Below are positions 62,582-64,000 of a stretch of 64,000 nt of DNA, piece after piece. Both the position numbers and the translations under genes were made by a program. The stretch covers positions 558,001 to 622,000 of the forward strand of contig JAWMAR010000667.1 in NCBI GenBank assembly GCA_036785375.1, read 5' to 3'. Origin of the DNA: Leucoraja ocellata. Taxonomy: Eukaryota. Within the stretch, counting starts at the first letter, position 1. Each line of letters begins with the position of its first letter. A model generated the notes under the pieces. It saw nothing but the letters and a program-made list of their open reading frames with translations, did no database searches and was not told the origin of the DNA.

Positions 62582-64000
62582 TAATTATATTTGTACTTTC
62601 ATGCTGCTTGTAGATTTAAAGTGATAATGCTATTTCAAAGGTATTGCCCTTGAATCAATTCTTCACACAATGTCGGAGTTCCCCAGATTGCCGTTTTTCT
62701 TCCAGTTCCCACTTGCGATAATGGGTATATTTCACTGCTAACAAGGCTATGTGCCTTGCTGTGCATCATGGGAATCTCGAGACACGGTCAACTGAGCACA
62801 GGGTAGAACAGATATCAGCATCATTGCTTCAGCATACCAGCAAGTCTTCACTACTGCAAAACTATGGGTTTCAATGGACACAGACTGAATAGAAAGAGCA
62901 TTTGGCATCATAACTGGAAAGAGAAAACAAATTAGCCCTTCAGGTTGAAGACTCTTCATCAGTTCTGACAAAGTCTTCAACCAGAAACAATTTCAGTAGT
63001 GACCTCCCTCAAGGAACTGTTTGAGAATCTGCCGCACTAAATTCTCTTGAAACAAACAATAAAACTGTAGAAGCAGCCAAAATCAAAATCAAGAAGAATA
63101 CCTTACCATGATTAATAGTGCAGCAGATTCAATTGCAGGATTTGAAATGGAACTGGAGCAGCACCCAGAGGCATGGAGCAAAGTAGTGAGACTCACTGGA
63201 TTGCTTTTACATTTGACAGGAGGTGCATACTACCCCACTGACTGACATTTCTGTCCTTAAAGGAAGAGGATGAGACCTATCTCGCCTTACCCTGGGTCTG
63301 TGGCCCACCCCGCTCAAATTTACCAAAGCCTGTTTTGAAGGCCAAGTATCTACCACAATACTTGGCCTTCAAAGCTGCCCTACTCAAAATGTACCCCCCA
63401 CCCCCCTCTCACCTGTATCCACCTATCACTTTCTGCACTGTGTTATGCCCTCGCCTCTCTTCCAGCTTTCTCACAGCATTCCAATCAGATTGAAGAAAGA
63501 TCCAAAATGTCGCCTATCCATGTTTTCCAGAAATGATACACAACATGCCGAGTTACTCCAGCATTTTGTGTCTTTTTCCTACTCAAAATGGCTTCTCCCT
63601 GGGAGCCTACCTACCCCTCTTAATTGCAGCTGACGCAACCAATGGAAATATTTCCTCATGAGGAAGACTGATCACAGATCTTTTATTTTAAAAGAACCTC
63701 TTGTCTCCATATTAATATTTATATTCATAAATTCATGCAGACTATGATTCCTGGGCCTTAGAGATTTCAGCATATAAAACCCGACAGTAAGATCTGAATT
63801 CATGAGGTACGTGCCTTTATTGAGATGCTTATGAGTCAGTAGGTGATGTACTTCTGAAAAACCAACAAGCTTCCCTGCACAATAGATGACCCTGTGTGTA
63901 GAAAGGAACTGCAAATGCTTGTTTAAACTGAAGATGGACACAAAATGCAGGAGTAACTCAGCGGGATATATCTGGAGTTTTGGGTCGAGACTCTTCTTCA

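Noticed and set aside
56429-64000. JPH2 upstream exon (ending ...PDFYQP)
   Set aside because: Not found by eye on the minus strand; presumably beyond the window.

Overview
Vertebrate nuclear DNA, almost certainly from a cartilaginous fish (probably skate/ray), judged from the HE1 V-SINE and HER1/CR1 LINE content. Roughly half the window is interspersed repeat. The only protein gene I can support is the 3' part of junctophilin-2 (JPH2) on the minus strand. It has a 944-nt exon (56428-55485) and the transmembrane exon (45676-45584, stop at 45596-45598). A splice donor lies 12 nt after the stop, followed by a repeat-poor, UTR-like block. The upstream JPH2 exons lie outside the window. Almost all other ORFs in the track are repeat fragments or noise. 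Two ribozyme-bearing retroelement systems stand out. (1) A 143-nt SINE-like insertion (17689-17831, 9-bp target duplication, AAG tail) whose first 54 nt fold by eye into a complete minimal HDV/CPEB3-type ribozyme; the element starts exactly at the predicted cleavage site. (2) About 25 short, often palindromic Penelope-derived elements carrying a minimal hammerhead motif (CTGAAGA-stem II-GAAACGTC/T), with 10-18 bp target duplications. One copy brackets a Penelope RT fragment. All structures were derived by inspection, not computed; repeat boundaries are approximate unless defined by TIRs or TSDs.
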